A DNA stretch of 64,000 bases from Nemertoderma westbladi (lineage: Eukaryota; Animalia; Xenacoelomorpha), in the NCBI GenBank assembly GCA_032718475.1, contig JAUCBJ010001300.1, forward strand, positions 20,926 to 84,925, in the 5' to 3' direction. The notes below the pieces were generated by a model. That model saw only the letters and a program-made list of their open reading frames with translations, had not been told where the DNA came from and did not search any database. Shown one piece after another: positions 37,271 to 49,884 of this stretch (the first letter of the stretch is position 1; the number at the start of each line of letters is the position of its first letter). A program made the position numbers and the translations under genes.

Positions 37271-38775
37271 GTTGTTAATGTTCCAATGATAATAGCACAG
37301 TATGTATAACAGATAATAGTAGAAATTGCATTACAGAATGATAACAGCCGGTCTGCAACTGTGTGATTAATGAACTGACCGGTACACCAGTAATCAGGAT
37401 AACTATATGATTGATACACATAGATATTGGTTTCACCTCTACTCTACTTTGGCCTTCGCTACCCAATGGATGCTTTCCTATCTTTCCCCACGTGCTCCCC
37501 TGCCCGCTATTGGCTTATATACTAATTGTCACTTTGGCACTCCCTGTAGGTGTTACCCCCAGCCGCTAGCCTCAACTAGCCGGGCTCTCCCTCCGAGGCG
37601 GTATGACCTCTCACCTCTCTCTGTGGCTTAGGGCGTGCGTCGCCCCCCCCCCCCCCCCCCCGAGTTGGTTATGAGGCGAGATTATTATTGGTAATCTCGT
37701 ATTGGTAAAAATGCCACTGGTTCCATTTTAGGTGGAGATGAAGGGAATTGAATCCGCTTACATTAACATCTCTTAATTCATTGATTAACTGATCTGGGGT
37801 CAGTTTCATAAAACAACCTTAGCTAAGGTGCATCTTAAGTCATAAGTGTTGCCTTAAATATCAACACCCATGCTTACTATAACTTAGTGCTACCTTAGAA
37901 ACTTAAGGTAGTCCGCCACAATTTACTTAAATACTGAACTTTAGGTCAGCCTGTTTGTAAGTCTCACCTTTTAAATATTTAATGTAATCAATGCTGAAAG
38001 TTCACCTTAACTAGATTCGGGTCATACTTTACTAAGTGCCTCATTAAGTTCGGTTGCATAAATTTTTTATGGTCCCACTTTAGCTAAGTTCAACTTATCT
38101 AATAATTTATCATTTGTGGCATTCCTTCAATTCATGCAGTACATAACGTTTCGTTTAATTATTTCAGTTTATAACAACTGTATGGCTTTTAAGTGACTCC
38201 GTCCACAACCTACAATAAATTATTATTAATTAAGCTAAATAATGAATGTTTTAAACGAATGAAAAGCCCGGGATGCCATCTGGACCCATGTTTGACTTAA
38301 GGTTTTTAGTTTGGCTGAATCGCATCTTATGGACTTCAACAAATTCTACAAAATTCAACAAATAAACTATTTTTGATATAATCCTTCTGAAGTGGTAATA
38401 AAATTGTTATCTGTCTTTTACCTGAGAACACAAGCAATGAAAAATGTCTACAGACTGTATAGGGATAATTATAGGCCTACAGTACTGTAGGCAGGGGCCG
38501 GACCATTTGAAGAATACCAGGATTTCACTTTTTGGTCGACTTTTTATTGGAATTTTATATGTGAAGATTTTTATTTTTTTTAATATATCTTTATTAAGTG
38601 TTTTATAGCGCTTATTTATGTCTTATATCTTGTACATATACTAATTCGTGTATTGTTTTGGTTAGATTCTGACCATCTGTAACCTGTGTTTTTTGTGAAA
38701 ACCTGGTATTCTTCACATAGGGCTAACTGCAAAGTGAAATATAACGGCAGAAAGTCTGGTATTCTTTACATGGGC

Positions 38776-39986
38776 TGTAAAAGCTTTTGTGGGATAACTG
38801 ATTCGTTTGCCTTGCTGGCCAGTTCCCCCCCGGTCGCTAGAATACTCTAAAAGGGATCTATAGCTAAAATAGTGCAAGCTACCAGCTTATTGGCTGATGG
38901 GCTGTACGAAGGTATCTGGGTTCTGTTCGATCGGCCAACCAGCTTAGGGAGGTTGCCTCAGCCCTGCTGTCCGTATCGGCCAATAGAATTTGAGTGGGCG
39001 TTGATTTTGACCTATCCCAGAGCTACTGAACTGAATTTCCTATCTGTATGCTCATCCTCTGTGTTGGACGGGAGCTTCGGGGAATAAGGGTAGTTGGTAT
39101 CCTCGTATAGTTATTCTAGTCATATGATTCTTCATATGATTCTGTTGTTGTGTTCCCATTTTTCGCCATAACACCGGCTTTTGGGAAGAACTCTAGTAAA
39201 ACTGCTTAAATTATCGAAAGTATAACTGTTATCTTATCCGATCTAACTAACTCACTGGTAATCATATTATTCTCCCGAACTTTACTTATTAATTATATTG
39301 TTTGTACTGTTATTTACCGTCAGTTATTAATTGTATCTATTTGTTGAGGAAATATTGCCCTTTGGAGAATACGGATAAATCACCCAAAATTCCCAATTTT
39401 CTTGATACACTACAGGTTAGAGAGACAGGCTATACATAACAATTGCGATTTATATTAATGTGGTGTGTATTGAATCTAATGTTATTTAGCAGACCCTACA
39501 TGAGTCAATTGCTGCTCTCTTTATGTGTGATCAAATTTACTGACGGTCGGCAGAATAGTGTGCATGATTGTGATTGGTAACAAAGCATTTCCTAAAGAAT
39601 GCGCCTTATACTTTAATCATAAGCGGTATCGTTGCGTTTAGTATAAGTCCTAGTTCTGTTTAAATAGATAGAGCGCCACGTCCTAAAGGAACTGTTAATA
39701 TTTCCCGAAAGCCAATAATATCTGTCAGAAATTAATTATTAACGATCAATCGAATAATACAGTAAGTTTACACTGCAACCTTACACTGCAATAATAAAAT
39801 TTAAGCAGCCGAATTCAGCCTCCCGGGTGTAGATCCATCGGGTGAATGATCGCGCATGGGCTGGCTTCGGTTAATGTTTTGTTTATTAGCATAAAATATT
39901 GTCGTATGCTAAAGGTGTTTTAATTAACTAAAAGACATATAAATTTTGGCAGGTTAAACTGCTAAAGGTCTTCAAAAGCGCGAACA
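38776..39986 (+). repeat. 5' LTR
   Basis: TGTAAAAGC...GCGCGAACA; about 98% identical to 49963-51172 by eye. Confidence 0.95.
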
Positions 39987-42212
39987 ATAACAGTTAACGA
40001 TCTTATTGCAGTAGGCAATAAGGTTGCAAAATACCGTAGTGACCGGTAAACCTGAACCGGTACTTCTGTAGGTCAGTAGGCCCAACTGCCAGAACCGGTA
40101 CTGCTGTAGGTCCGTAGGTCCAACTGCCAGAACCGGTACTTCTGTAGGTCTGTAGGCCCAACTGTCCTAACCGGTACTGCTGTATAAGTACATTAGTATT
40201 ATTCGATTTGATTATTGTATACCGGTAGGTCTTGGTACTTAATCAGGGAACGGCCGCCCTGATTTTTATTTGAGATTCTACTTATTTCTGTCGGTTTTAT
40301 TTACTAGTAGGCTAATATTGAGCAGAAGGCGTGTGACCCTGCTCAGATTGTTCAGATAATTGTAGGCTGAGCTGCTGTCTGACTGTTGTTGGGTTTGGAG
40401 AGATTACGGCGTGTGTAGAGTTTGTCTGATAAAGTGCCGTTAGTAAGTTGGGGCAGCCATATGCTGTAAGGTCAATCCCCTCTTAAAGAATAAGTCGTAC
40501 TACCGTGTTAGAACGCATACTAACTAACTGTTTCAGAATCTGCATATACTGTAGTTTATTTAGGCTTGATCGTAGTCTGCCAGTGTTTTAGCCTGTGTTT
40601 GTTTGTGTGGTCTGTTCAGGTACCGTAATAGTTATTACTCAGATATTTTGTAGGCTGGATTGTTGTCTAGCTATTATTAGGTCTGAAGAGATTGCTGTGT
40701 GTGTGGAGTTTGTCTGATAAAGTGCTGTTAGTAAGTTGGGGCAGCCATATGCTGTAAGGTCAATCCCCTCTTAAAGAATAAGTCGTACTACCGTGTTAGA
40801 ACGCATACTAACTAACCATTTCAGAATCTACACGTACGGTAGTTTATTTAGGCTTGGTGGTAGTCTGCCAGCGTTTGGTTTGTATTTTGTTTGAGTATTC
40901 TGTACGGGTAGCGTAATATTTATTATTCAGAGTTTATGCGATTATTCGCAACATTCATGTCCCCAAGTTTATTCCTACAGTAATTGTGCTTGTTATACAT
41001 ACCGTTATAGTTAAATTAACCCCGGTACTACACGGGCTGCTTGGCGTAGGACAAGACTGGTGACTTTGTGCTCTGGTCACTCCAGCAGATGCCGTGGTTC
41101 TTTTAACTGTTCAAGTATATTTAACTACTGATTATTTGTTATACCGGTACTTGTACCTAATTTAGGGTTTAGTGTACAGTGCTTTCCGAAGTAATTAGTG
41201 TGTAGGCAGTATATTTGTGTTGTAAAGTGGTTGATAGGCACATTCGTTAGCTCTATTAACTTCTGGGTAGGAACAATCCGTGATACATAACGTAGTACCT
41301 ATAGCGATACGGTTATAGGTCGTCAGGCGGTGGTATTTTCCTATCTGGACAGTGCAATATATTTACTACTACTTATTATTTCAAATACCGTAGTACCCTG
41401 TCCGTTGTAATAACCAGAAATCTAACCCTTTGTTAGGCTGGTTTGTAGACTTCCTGTAAAATTACCCTAAAAATTTCGTACGTAATATTTTTGTTGTGTT
41501 TAATTAGAGAATTAATCTCACCCATATCGTAAGTAATTTGTAGTATTAAGTAACTTAAGTAAATTAGAATTATCAGTTTTAGTGTCTCAATAAGTAACAC
41601 TTCACTGAGAGCGCACAGCTTCTGTGTAGTGACTCCCCCAGAAATAATAACATTTATTTCAAATATTGACAAAACCCATTTAAACGGGTATATATCTATT
41701 ATAAATCAACTCAAACGATTTATAAATAGTAGGCCTGCCATACAACAACTAGGTCTCAATATCAGTTGGACTACTGCTTAAATAACGGTAATAAAGTAAG
41801 TTAAAGTAACCAAGTAACCCTAAAATATTCAGAAATTCAATTATTCTAAAATAATTGACATACCGGTATTTACCATAGGCTTATTATATTTATTTCTATA
41901 AATTTGAGCTGAAATCATACCGGTACTCTGTAATTAATTCTAGTTCATAATTATACTTATATATACTATAAGTGTAAGCTGTATACCGGTATTCACGATA
42001 GGCCTATTATATATTTATATATATTTGTGCTAAATTTATATACCGGTACTCTGTGACAAACCTAGTTTACAATACTTATATATATTATAAGTGCATACCG
42101 GTATTCTAATATACTGCAATAAATTACCGGTACTAGGCCAGCGGTCATACTGAATTACTAGACTTGCTTTAACTGAAACTATAGTAGTAGACATTCAACT
42201 GTATAGCTAAAC

Positions 42213-45200
42213 ATGTCTGACACTCAGCAAAACCTGTCAGACAGTCTGATCGATACAACTATCTGTGACTCAGATAGGAGTGTGGAGCGAGTAAGAAAGG
42301 AGTTCAGCTCACCTCCTACTGCAAAAAAGGTCATCCCTCCAGTAGTATCAGACCCTAGGCTAATCCACCATAGGTCCATCATAGGCACTCGGGCACAGGT
42401 CAAACGGAACCAAGAGGCAGTTGTCCCATCGCAGCAACATCTTGGTCAAGAACCTACTTCCCAGCGACCCGATAGCTCCAGCAGTTCGGATACTGTAGAG
42501 CTGACCCCCGAACGCGGAGTGCAGATGGCTGCTACAGTCTACTCGGACCCCCTTCTTACCCTTCCTGCTGCAGTGCTAACTGCTATATTCATTGCGGTGG
42601 AGGAACATCAAGCCGACTGGGCGAGGAATAAGCGAGCGACCCAAAATAATTATGCGGGATACGCCAGGGAAGAATTGATGTCTATTGTCGAGTCACAATG
42701 GAACTTTCCCGGACTCGGACTCCCGTTGGATCTGTCCGAGGCTACTTGGGAAGATATACACAGGATGGGAGTGGCTAAAGATACAATGGATCCAGCTGTT
42801 TGGAAGAGGTCGGCAGCAGGATATGTGCAGGGATTCTTCGGCTCCTTGGAGCGATTGGAAGAACAACTGTTTCGACAACTTCAAGGACCTCAAGAGCAGG
42901 AAGAGCTGCTATACCAAGTACGCGAAAGAACCCTACGCATTCGACTAATCCTCTCAGCCTTTGAGGAAACTTCCAAAAGAAGACAGGACACGTCGCTGCA
43001 GGTTGCTGTCAAAACTTGGTTACATCGGGTAGATCTCAAAGTACAGGAAACGGCCCAGTGGAAATCCCAGCTGGCTGAGAGATCACCCTATGAAGAACAA
43101 ACTGATGTCACCCTTTCTCAAGCGGAAAGCGAAGAGACCGCCGAGAAACCGCGAACTAGAGACGCTATCGACATTTATTTGTCCGACTATCAGCGATTCC
43201 TAGGAAACGAAGAGTTGAGGAGACGGCTGTCTGGACTTTCCCCTAATAGTGAAGGAACCAAGCTTGTGTTGGACTCAATCGATGCCGAAATGTTAGCTGC
43301 AAACCAAGCTGAATGTGATGAAAAACTCCGCCTCACTAGAGTCCGAGAAGAACAAGTAAAGAAAGAACGGATAGAGAAAAGAAAGGTAGCAGCAGAAGCG
43401 GCGGCAGAAGCAGAAGCCGAAAGAAAAGCGACAGAAGCAGAAGCCGAAAGAAAAACGGCAGAAGCAGAAAGAAAGGCGGCAGAAGCAGAAGCAGAAAGAA
43501 AAGCAGCAGTGGCAGAAGCAGAACGAAGAGCTTCTGAGGAGACTATCCAACTGGAGTTGGAAAATCTGCAAGAGACGCAAGACAGTATAAATAAACAGTT
43601 TACTGCTAATCAAATGCAGATGATGAGAAAATCTACTCCCAAGCGCCAGGGATACACATCCTCGGAGGAAGGCGAGACTACCGATCCTGAAGGCGGAGGA
43701 AATAGATCTCATCTAAGTAGGCGTAGAAAAACATCTTACCGTCGCAAATTGCCTGATTTGCCCCCAGCTATTAGAAGACAGCTAGCTAGCACAGACTTGA
43801 GTAGTATAGAACCTACAGCCCAAAGTATTAAGGTCCAAAGACTCTCTACAATAGTTGATGAGCCTGAGATAATTAGGCCTGTAGTTCCCAAAGTCGCTTC
43901 TGTGTTAGAGACCCCTGTACTTCCAGAGCTTAACTCTAAATTCCCTTTACATAGTACTACACTGCCTGTACCCGGTGGAGCAGTCCAAGAGAATATCCCT
44001 GTCCAGATAGCAGAGAGAGAAATCAAAAATTTTTCTCCCGTCGTCCCGCGTCAGCCCGCTACTATGTTGGCGACTCCCGCTTCGGCGGTTGAGTGGGTAG
44101 AAGAGGGACGGCGGGGGATGAATCTCCTGCTAGGACAGATGCAGGAGACTGTCCACCAACTTAAGGGAACAGTGAGGGAAGGTAGAGCAGAGTTGCAAGA
44201 AGTGCAGCAAAGTATCGCACTAGAACGCGACAAATTAGTCAATATCCAAAAGGGCATACCAATACCCCCTGTAACATTGTGTCAACCTGTTAGGTCTGAA
44301 GTACTACATGCGCAAGGTGTGGAGCCTACACGCATCTATACTGCTAGTGAAGTAGAAACTCCTATAGCAAACCCTATTAAGGGTGATTATACGCCTGTTG
44401 CTAATGATATTCCCTATAGACCTGATAATGATCCGAGAAATTTATATACCGATAATTCGATATTAAATAACACGATGGCCCAAGAAAGCTTTACGCGTCA
44501 GATGGCTAGAACAGAAGCCCGCCAAGCGGTCAAAGTGGGAGAGATCGTCAAATTCAATGGAGATGAGATGAAATGGTTACCTTTCAACGAATATTACAAA
44601 GATAGCATACAGAACTCTGTACTATCTAACGGAGAGAAACTTAGATTCCTCATCAAGTGCTTGGAAGGACCTCCCAAGTTAATGGCGTTAAAGTTTATTG
44701 GACATCCAGATGGATTAAGACAAGTTTGGGATACATTAAACATCAGGTATGGTAACAAGGATAACATAGCTAAGTATTTGTATGCAAAATTAGTAGCCCC
44801 CCGACACTTCCTTAGTAGCGGGATTATAGAGTTTTCCGATGAGATTCAAGAGATCTGTAGACAACTGGACTGGTTAGGTAAGTCGCATGAATATCAGAGT
44901 TCCATGGTTATTGGAGCCGTAGTCTCTACTTTACCAAAGGGTGGAGTATGTACACGCTGGGACAAGAAAGTGTTGTACATGAATGAACAACAACGACGAA
45001 GTCCTACCATGGCTGATCTCATGTCCTTCTTAGATAGTGAAGTAAAATTACAACTCATAAGGCAGTCCAGAGAGAAAACATCGGAAAATAAGGTAAGTGA
45101 GAAACCCGTTTCTAGGAGAAGGATAATACCAGTGTGTTATACTGACGACGGCGAAAGCCAAGCTTCTCAAGAAGAGGACAGCGGGAAAGACACAGCAAAA

Positions 45201-46814
45201 TCTTACTATGACAACAAGACCTATAAAGACGTAAGTAAATACAAGTCTCGAACCAGTGACAGGAGAGAACAGGTAACAACAACTCCTCCTACGTCTCCTA
45301 AGAGAATTCACGGAAGAAAGCCCGAAGAAAGAACGAGAGTGCATAACGTTACCCAAGGTAAGGTGAGTGATATCAAACCAAAATGTGCGCTGTGCGACAG
45401 GCCCCACCGTTTGAGTGCGTGTGCTGAATTTCTAAAGAAATCCCCTGTAGACAGACGTACAGTCCTGTGGAATAAGCGGTTATGCTATAATTGCCTCAGA
45501 TCAGGACGCCAACGGCGAACCTGTTACTCCGACGTAAAGTGTGCAAAGTGTGGCGCGAAACATCACGTCTTGTTACATAGCGAATTCGAACGAAACCACC
45601 CGAGTCAGGTAAGTGAGCCCGAATTACATGTCCAGTTCAGTGATGTGAACGACACTGACCAAGGTTCTGAGTGGGAAGGATTCTATACAGACGAATTCTC
45701 CGATGCCAACGAATCCTGTTATCTAATAAATACCACAGTGTATCGAGCACTTACGTATGAAAAGGACACTGACGAGTTTACTCCAACTCCTTTTGACAAA
45801 CAACCATCTTGGAAAGTTCCAACTTCCAACATAGGAATAAGAGAATTTCCTGTAGTGCAAGTGAGAGTTCATGGTCTCAACAAGAGTTACATAGTGAACG
45901 CCCTACTTGATTCAGGCAGCACAGGAACATTCATCGATCAAGAACTAGCCGAAGATATCTTTGCTGGACAACCCAAATTCCGGACTAAATTGAATATGTC
46001 AGGAATTATGCAGGTTTGGAAATCTACCATAACGGCAGATTACTATGTAGGTGAGTTGTCCACCCCCCAGGATAAATTAGGAGCACAAAGTATAAGGTCA
46101 GTAAAAATGGTGGCTATAAAGAACTTCGCTACTACCCAAGCAGACCTTTATAATTGGGACGAGGATGAGAGCATCCAACATCTTAAGATACCTCGATTCC
46201 AGACAGATTATCCTGGAGTGCAAATACTCATCGGCCAAAACGCGCATGAGGCGCTCGAGACATTGGAGAAACGGCCTGCTCAACCGCAGCCACTGCAAAC
46301 CTATGCGGTAAGAACTAGAGTAGGTTGGTACTTCACTGGCCCTTCCCGTAGAACTCTCAAAGAGAGATTACCTCAACAACAGGTATACCAAGTAAAGGAA
46401 TGGGAAGTGGAGAGCAGTGATGTGGACGATCCAACTGAGGGAACACCATACTCCTCAGATAATGATGATATTAACTCCAATGTAGATCAACGGAGACATT
46501 GCCTTGGGACGATTAATCCAGCCGACATCGCTTCCAGAGGAGCAACTCCTCAAGAACTGATAGATACTCCAGGCTGGTTAGGTGGATCCGACTTCTTAAG
46601 TAAAGAAGAAGAAGAATGGCCTCCTCATCTTACCCCGGCGGAGATTAGACAGGCCAAGGGAGCGGAGAAAATAATACAACAACTCAACCCCCCAGCTGGT
46701 CGTTTATGTTTACTGGAAAGAGACCGAAAACTGTCCGGAAACTATGGAAGGCAAGATACTCTTCCTACGACCACTTCCCTAATCCGACAAATATCTAGGG
46801 ACTCCATAACGTAA
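42213..46814 (+). CDS. BEL/Pao Gag-aspartic protease polyprotein fused to an RNase H C-terminal remnant (1533 aa)
   Basis: DUF1759-like KFNGDEMKW...EKLRFLIKCLEGPP; three Cys-His boxes (CALCDRPHRLSAC, CYNCLRSGRQRRTC, CAKCGAKHHVLLH); protease ALLDSGS and ILIGQN; AVRTRVGW; then NPADIASRG...WLGGSDFL...EWP. No YxDD RT motif and no integrase. Confidence 0.92.
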   Translation: MSDTQQNLSDSLIDTTICDSDRSVERVRKEFSSPPTAKKVIPPVVSDPRLIHHRSIIGTRAQVKRNQEAVVPSQQHLGQEPTSQRPDSSSSSDTVELTPERGVQMAATVYSDPLLTLPAAVLTAIFIAVEEHQADWARNKRATQNNYAGYAREELMSIVESQWNFPGLGLPLDLSEATWEDIHRMGVAKDTMDPAVWKRSAAGYVQGFFGSLERLEEQLFRQLQGPQEQEELLYQVRERTLRIRLILSAFEETSKRRQDTSLQVAVKTWLHRVDLKVQETAQWKSQLAERSPYEEQTDVTLSQAESEETAEKPRTRDAIDIYLSDYQRFLGNEELRRRLSGLSPNSEGTKLVLDSIDAEMLAANQAECDEKLRLTRVREEQVKKERIEKRKVAAEAAAEAEAERKATEAEAERKTAEAERKAAEAEAERKAAVAEAERRASEETIQLELENLQETQDSINKQFTANQMQMMRKSTPKRQGYTSSEEGETTDPEGGGNRSHLSRRRKTSYRRKLPDLPPAIRRQLASTDLSSIEPTAQSIKVQRLSTIVDEPEIIRPVVPKVASVLETPVLPELNSKFPLHSTTLPVPGGAVQENIPVQIAEREIKNFSPVVPRQPATMLATPASAVEWVEEGRRGMNLLLGQMQETVHQLKGTVREGRAELQEVQQSIALERDKLVNIQKGIPIPPVTLCQPVRSEVLHAQGVEPTRIYTASEVETPIANPIKGDYTPVANDIPYRPDNDPRNLYTDNSILNNTMAQESFTRQMARTEARQAVKVGEIVKFNGDEMKWLPFNEYYKDSIQNSVLSNGEKLRFLIKCLEGPPKLMALKFIGHPDGLRQVWDTLNIRYGNKDNIAKYLYAKLVAPRHFLSSGIIEFSDEIQEICRQLDWLGKSHEYQSSMVIGAVVSTLPKGGVCTRWDKKVLYMNEQQRRSPTMADLMSFLDSEVKLQLIRQSREKTSENKVSEKPVSRRRIIPVCYTDDGESQASQEEDSGKDTAKSYYDNKTYKDVSKYKSRTSDRREQVTTTPPTSPKRIHGRKPEERTRVHNVTQGKVSDIKPKCALCDRPHRLSACAEFLKKSPVDRRTVLWNKRLCYNCLRSGRQRRTCYSDVKCAKCGAKHHVLLHSEFERNHPSQVSEPELHVQFSDVNDTDQGSEWEGFYTDEFSDANESCYLINTTVYRALTYEKDTDEFTPTPFDKQPSWKVPTSNIGIREFPVVQVRVHGLNKSYIVNALLDSGSTGTFIDQELAEDIFAGQPKFRTKLNMSGIMQVWKSTITADYYVGELSTPQDKLGAQSIRSVKMVAIKNFATTQADLYNWDEDESIQHLKIPRFQTDYPGVQILIGQNAHEALETLEKRPAQPQPLQTYAVRTRVGWYFTGPSRRTLKERLPQQQVYQVKEWEVESSDVDDPTEGTPYSSDNDDINSNVDQRRHCLGTINPADIASRGATPQELIDTPGWLGGSDFLSKEEEEWPPHLTPAEIRQAKGAEKIIQQLNPPAGRLCLLERDRKLSGNYGRQDTLPTTTSLIRQISRDSIT

Positions 46815-48434
46815 TAACATATGGAGTGGGCGTGTGACTATATCATTTTATATTTGTTTTTATTTTATATTTATGTATGTATTATTATGTAATTTTATTA
46901 TAATCGTTTTCTTTAATTTTATTTAGTAGAATGTTATTTTAGGGATTATTTAGTAAATTAGTGCAATATATTAGTGTTTATTACGTATTTAATTACTTAT
47001 AATATATTTAGTGCGACGGCAAGAAATAATTATTTTCTCTTTCCTTACTGTCCGTATTATATTATAAATGCGAGACTATAGTAAGATGACATGTCAGTAC
47101 TTATTAAAGTACAATAAAGCCACTACTATATTTAAGTATTATTGGTAGGCAGAGTATTAGGAATGCAAAGTTCAGATCCTCGTGTCTCGGCTAAACCAAG
47201 CTCTGGGTAGACCTTGGAAACGACTTGCCTCTTTACACTGACATTGCTTCGTGCGATATTGCTCTTCTACCTTATATTAAATAATACATATAGTAGCGTG
47301 ATGTCCCTCTAACAGTAGCGTAAAACGCAAATAAATCTGTTACACCTTTGACCATCTGTAATTCTAGTCGATTAAGACATCGTGGCACCCACCGATATAC
47401 TTGAAAGACAAATTCTAGAATCAGTGGTTAACGTCCCCAGACAAGTTCTGGAATAAATTGGTGCCCATCCTAAATATTAATTTAATATTTATTAAAATCT
47501 GTAAAATTCCGATCCTTTAAAATTTCTAGTCAATTAAAATATCGCAGTATTTACCGATATTCTTAAAAGGACGATTTTATAGAATTAAGGATCCTGAGTT
47601 CCCAGACATGCTCTGGAATAAAATTTGTGTCAATTTAACATCAAATAATAAAATTCACGGGAATAAATTTAAATTCATATTCAAATGAATTTCATAAATT
47701 GTCATTTTGTGCAATTTATAACATTCCCAAAATTCCAGTAATTAATAGATCATGGGAGCGGAGATTCATATTGAGTGTACTAGAGTGCGAGAATCTCCAA
47801 CATATAGTCAATAGCCGATAAAATTTATAAAATCATGCATAAAGAGGATATTGACAATTAAAGAATTACTATTAAATAGCATCCCAGATCTGTATGCATG
47901 AGAATTACCCTAATTCTACCGCTAGTTTTCCATAATGTCACCATGGCAACACCCACGCTAGAATTAGAAGCAAGTTAAAGGAACAATAAAAGGCTTGCCC
48001 CATTGCGTAGCCTAAGAGGATACATAGCGCACTATTAGTATCCAAGGATACATAGTAATAACGTGACATTCTGGAAGACACTGACTAACGGACAAATGGC
48101 CTGCATGTGTGCAGTAAGTAATGATTGTATGGAATTTGTGCGTTTATAGGTGAATGTTACTACTAAAGTGTGTTTACAGTAGCTAATCGCAATTGTAAAG
48201 TAGCCCTAACTCTACCGAGATAACCTCAAGTGGATTCAAGCCTTTGGGATGGACAGTGGTGGGACTTGTGCCGGTTATCGTTGTCGTGCTGTTGCTACAT
48301 GTTGGCGTAAACACCGCGACAACGGTACATCGGCGCTGAGAAACCCACTGTCCGGGGGCAAAGACTAGTAGGCAGCGACGCCCACTTGCCTAAATATTGA
48401 CTCATACTAATATTAATAAACTCAGATAGCAGAT

Positions 48435-49884
48435 ATGACAGAATTAATAGAAGATGATCTTGGTATCAGGGAACGATATACTCTACCTTTACAAGCATTT
48501 GTGGATAGCCTGATACGCGGTGAAGCCGATCCAACCATTACGGAGGACGATGGTCGTTATATCGAACCGCCGATGTCCCAAGAGCAACTTACGCGTGAAT
48601 TGGACTATCGAAAATTAACCGCTCGCTATACGCATCGTAATGGTACATATATGGACTTCCTAACTACCGGCCATCCTATAGATTTACATGATACGGACGA
48701 TGTATACACCGAAAGGGAAATGGTTCTATTTAAATATCATACCCAGCGGAGTCGTAACGATAAACCGAGAATAGATCACGAAAATTATATTCGTAACAGA
48801 CTGGGAAGACGAACCAATATACCTAGAATCTGAGGAGATTCAGCCTATCGTGCCCGGAACAACGACAACGATTACCTCCTAGAATGGTATCAAGGTCCAC
48901 AGTGTCTCACTGCGTACGATTATCGCCATGCCAACTATGTTTCTCGGCAACGTTGTCGGTTATGCGCATCGAGAGACCATGTTACGCCCATGGACACAAA
49001 CGTCCGCTGTTCCTATTTCCACGAACAACCGACGATGGAAATTTATTGCGCGTATTACAGACTCAATAACTTGCACATTTTTGCGGTTTGCCCTCAATTT
49101 ATGACTCAATGTCACCATTGTCAACTAAAGGGACGCGCCAGTTTCGATTGCCCTTTTTAGTCACGATTTGGAGAGCGTAGATGAAATGATTGTACTACGT
49201 TATATCAGAGCTTGGGAAGCGAACGCTGATTTACATTGTGATTCACGCCATCGCTATTACCCTGGACGCGCTTACGAAGGAGTTTATGCGTTCCATCCTT
49301 ATTTGTTTGCCTCCGTCGAGCAGAAATCACGCCTATCAAGTTATGAACTGCTGAAGCGCGTTGGAGAATGTATTTCAACCAAATATGTACGCAAATTTCT
49401 CAGGAGCATTAATCCGAGTGACATCAATTCGTACAACTTAATAAACTTTATCCGTCAAGATTCGGCCTATGGAGACTTATTTGTCAACTCACACCCCGAG
49501 TTACAGGAAGTATATCGATGACCTTACGAGTACCGAGCCCGCGAACGCGAGTTGGAAAGAACCATTAAACCAAGGAAGTTTCTAACTGCCTATGGTCCAC
49601 CCACGGCCCTCGTTCAGACCACTCGTAAAGGACCCGTAAGAGCGGCTGTCTTGAAACGAGCTCTCAAAGCCGTTAGACCCCTCTCCCCGGACGTTGATGT
49701 CAATCAACCCGGTACTTCGACCGGCGGATATACCGATCGTAATCCCATACCTTCTGATGCAATCATATTGCACCCTTCACCCAGGAGTTATAGCCCTCCT
49801 TGTAAAGTGGCTCGCCCCAAAGAGAAAAGGACTCTTGCTAGCTTTAAAAAACTGCGTAAACGCTGTCCGCGCAAGAAAGACTAA
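48435..49884 (+). pseudogene. Extra ~480-aa ORF with three Cys/His knuckle-like motifs, upstream of the 3' LTR
   Basis: ORFs 48435-48833, 49168-49521 and 49552-49884 join through two in-frame TGA stops and one +1 shift in a T run (~49154-58). Manual translation of 48834-49160 gives CRLCASRDH..C, CAYYRLNNLHIFAVC and CHHCQLKGRASFDC. Confidence 0.7.

Noticed and set aside
38872-39087. 71-aa ORF duplicated at 50060-50275
   Set aside because: Lies in the LTRs, starts at GTG and has no recognisable motif.
42685-46298. Short overlapping and antisense ORFs within the gag-protease ORF (similar ones overlap the Ngaro and LINE ORFs)
   Set aside because: Shadow frames of real coding sequence with no independent motifs.
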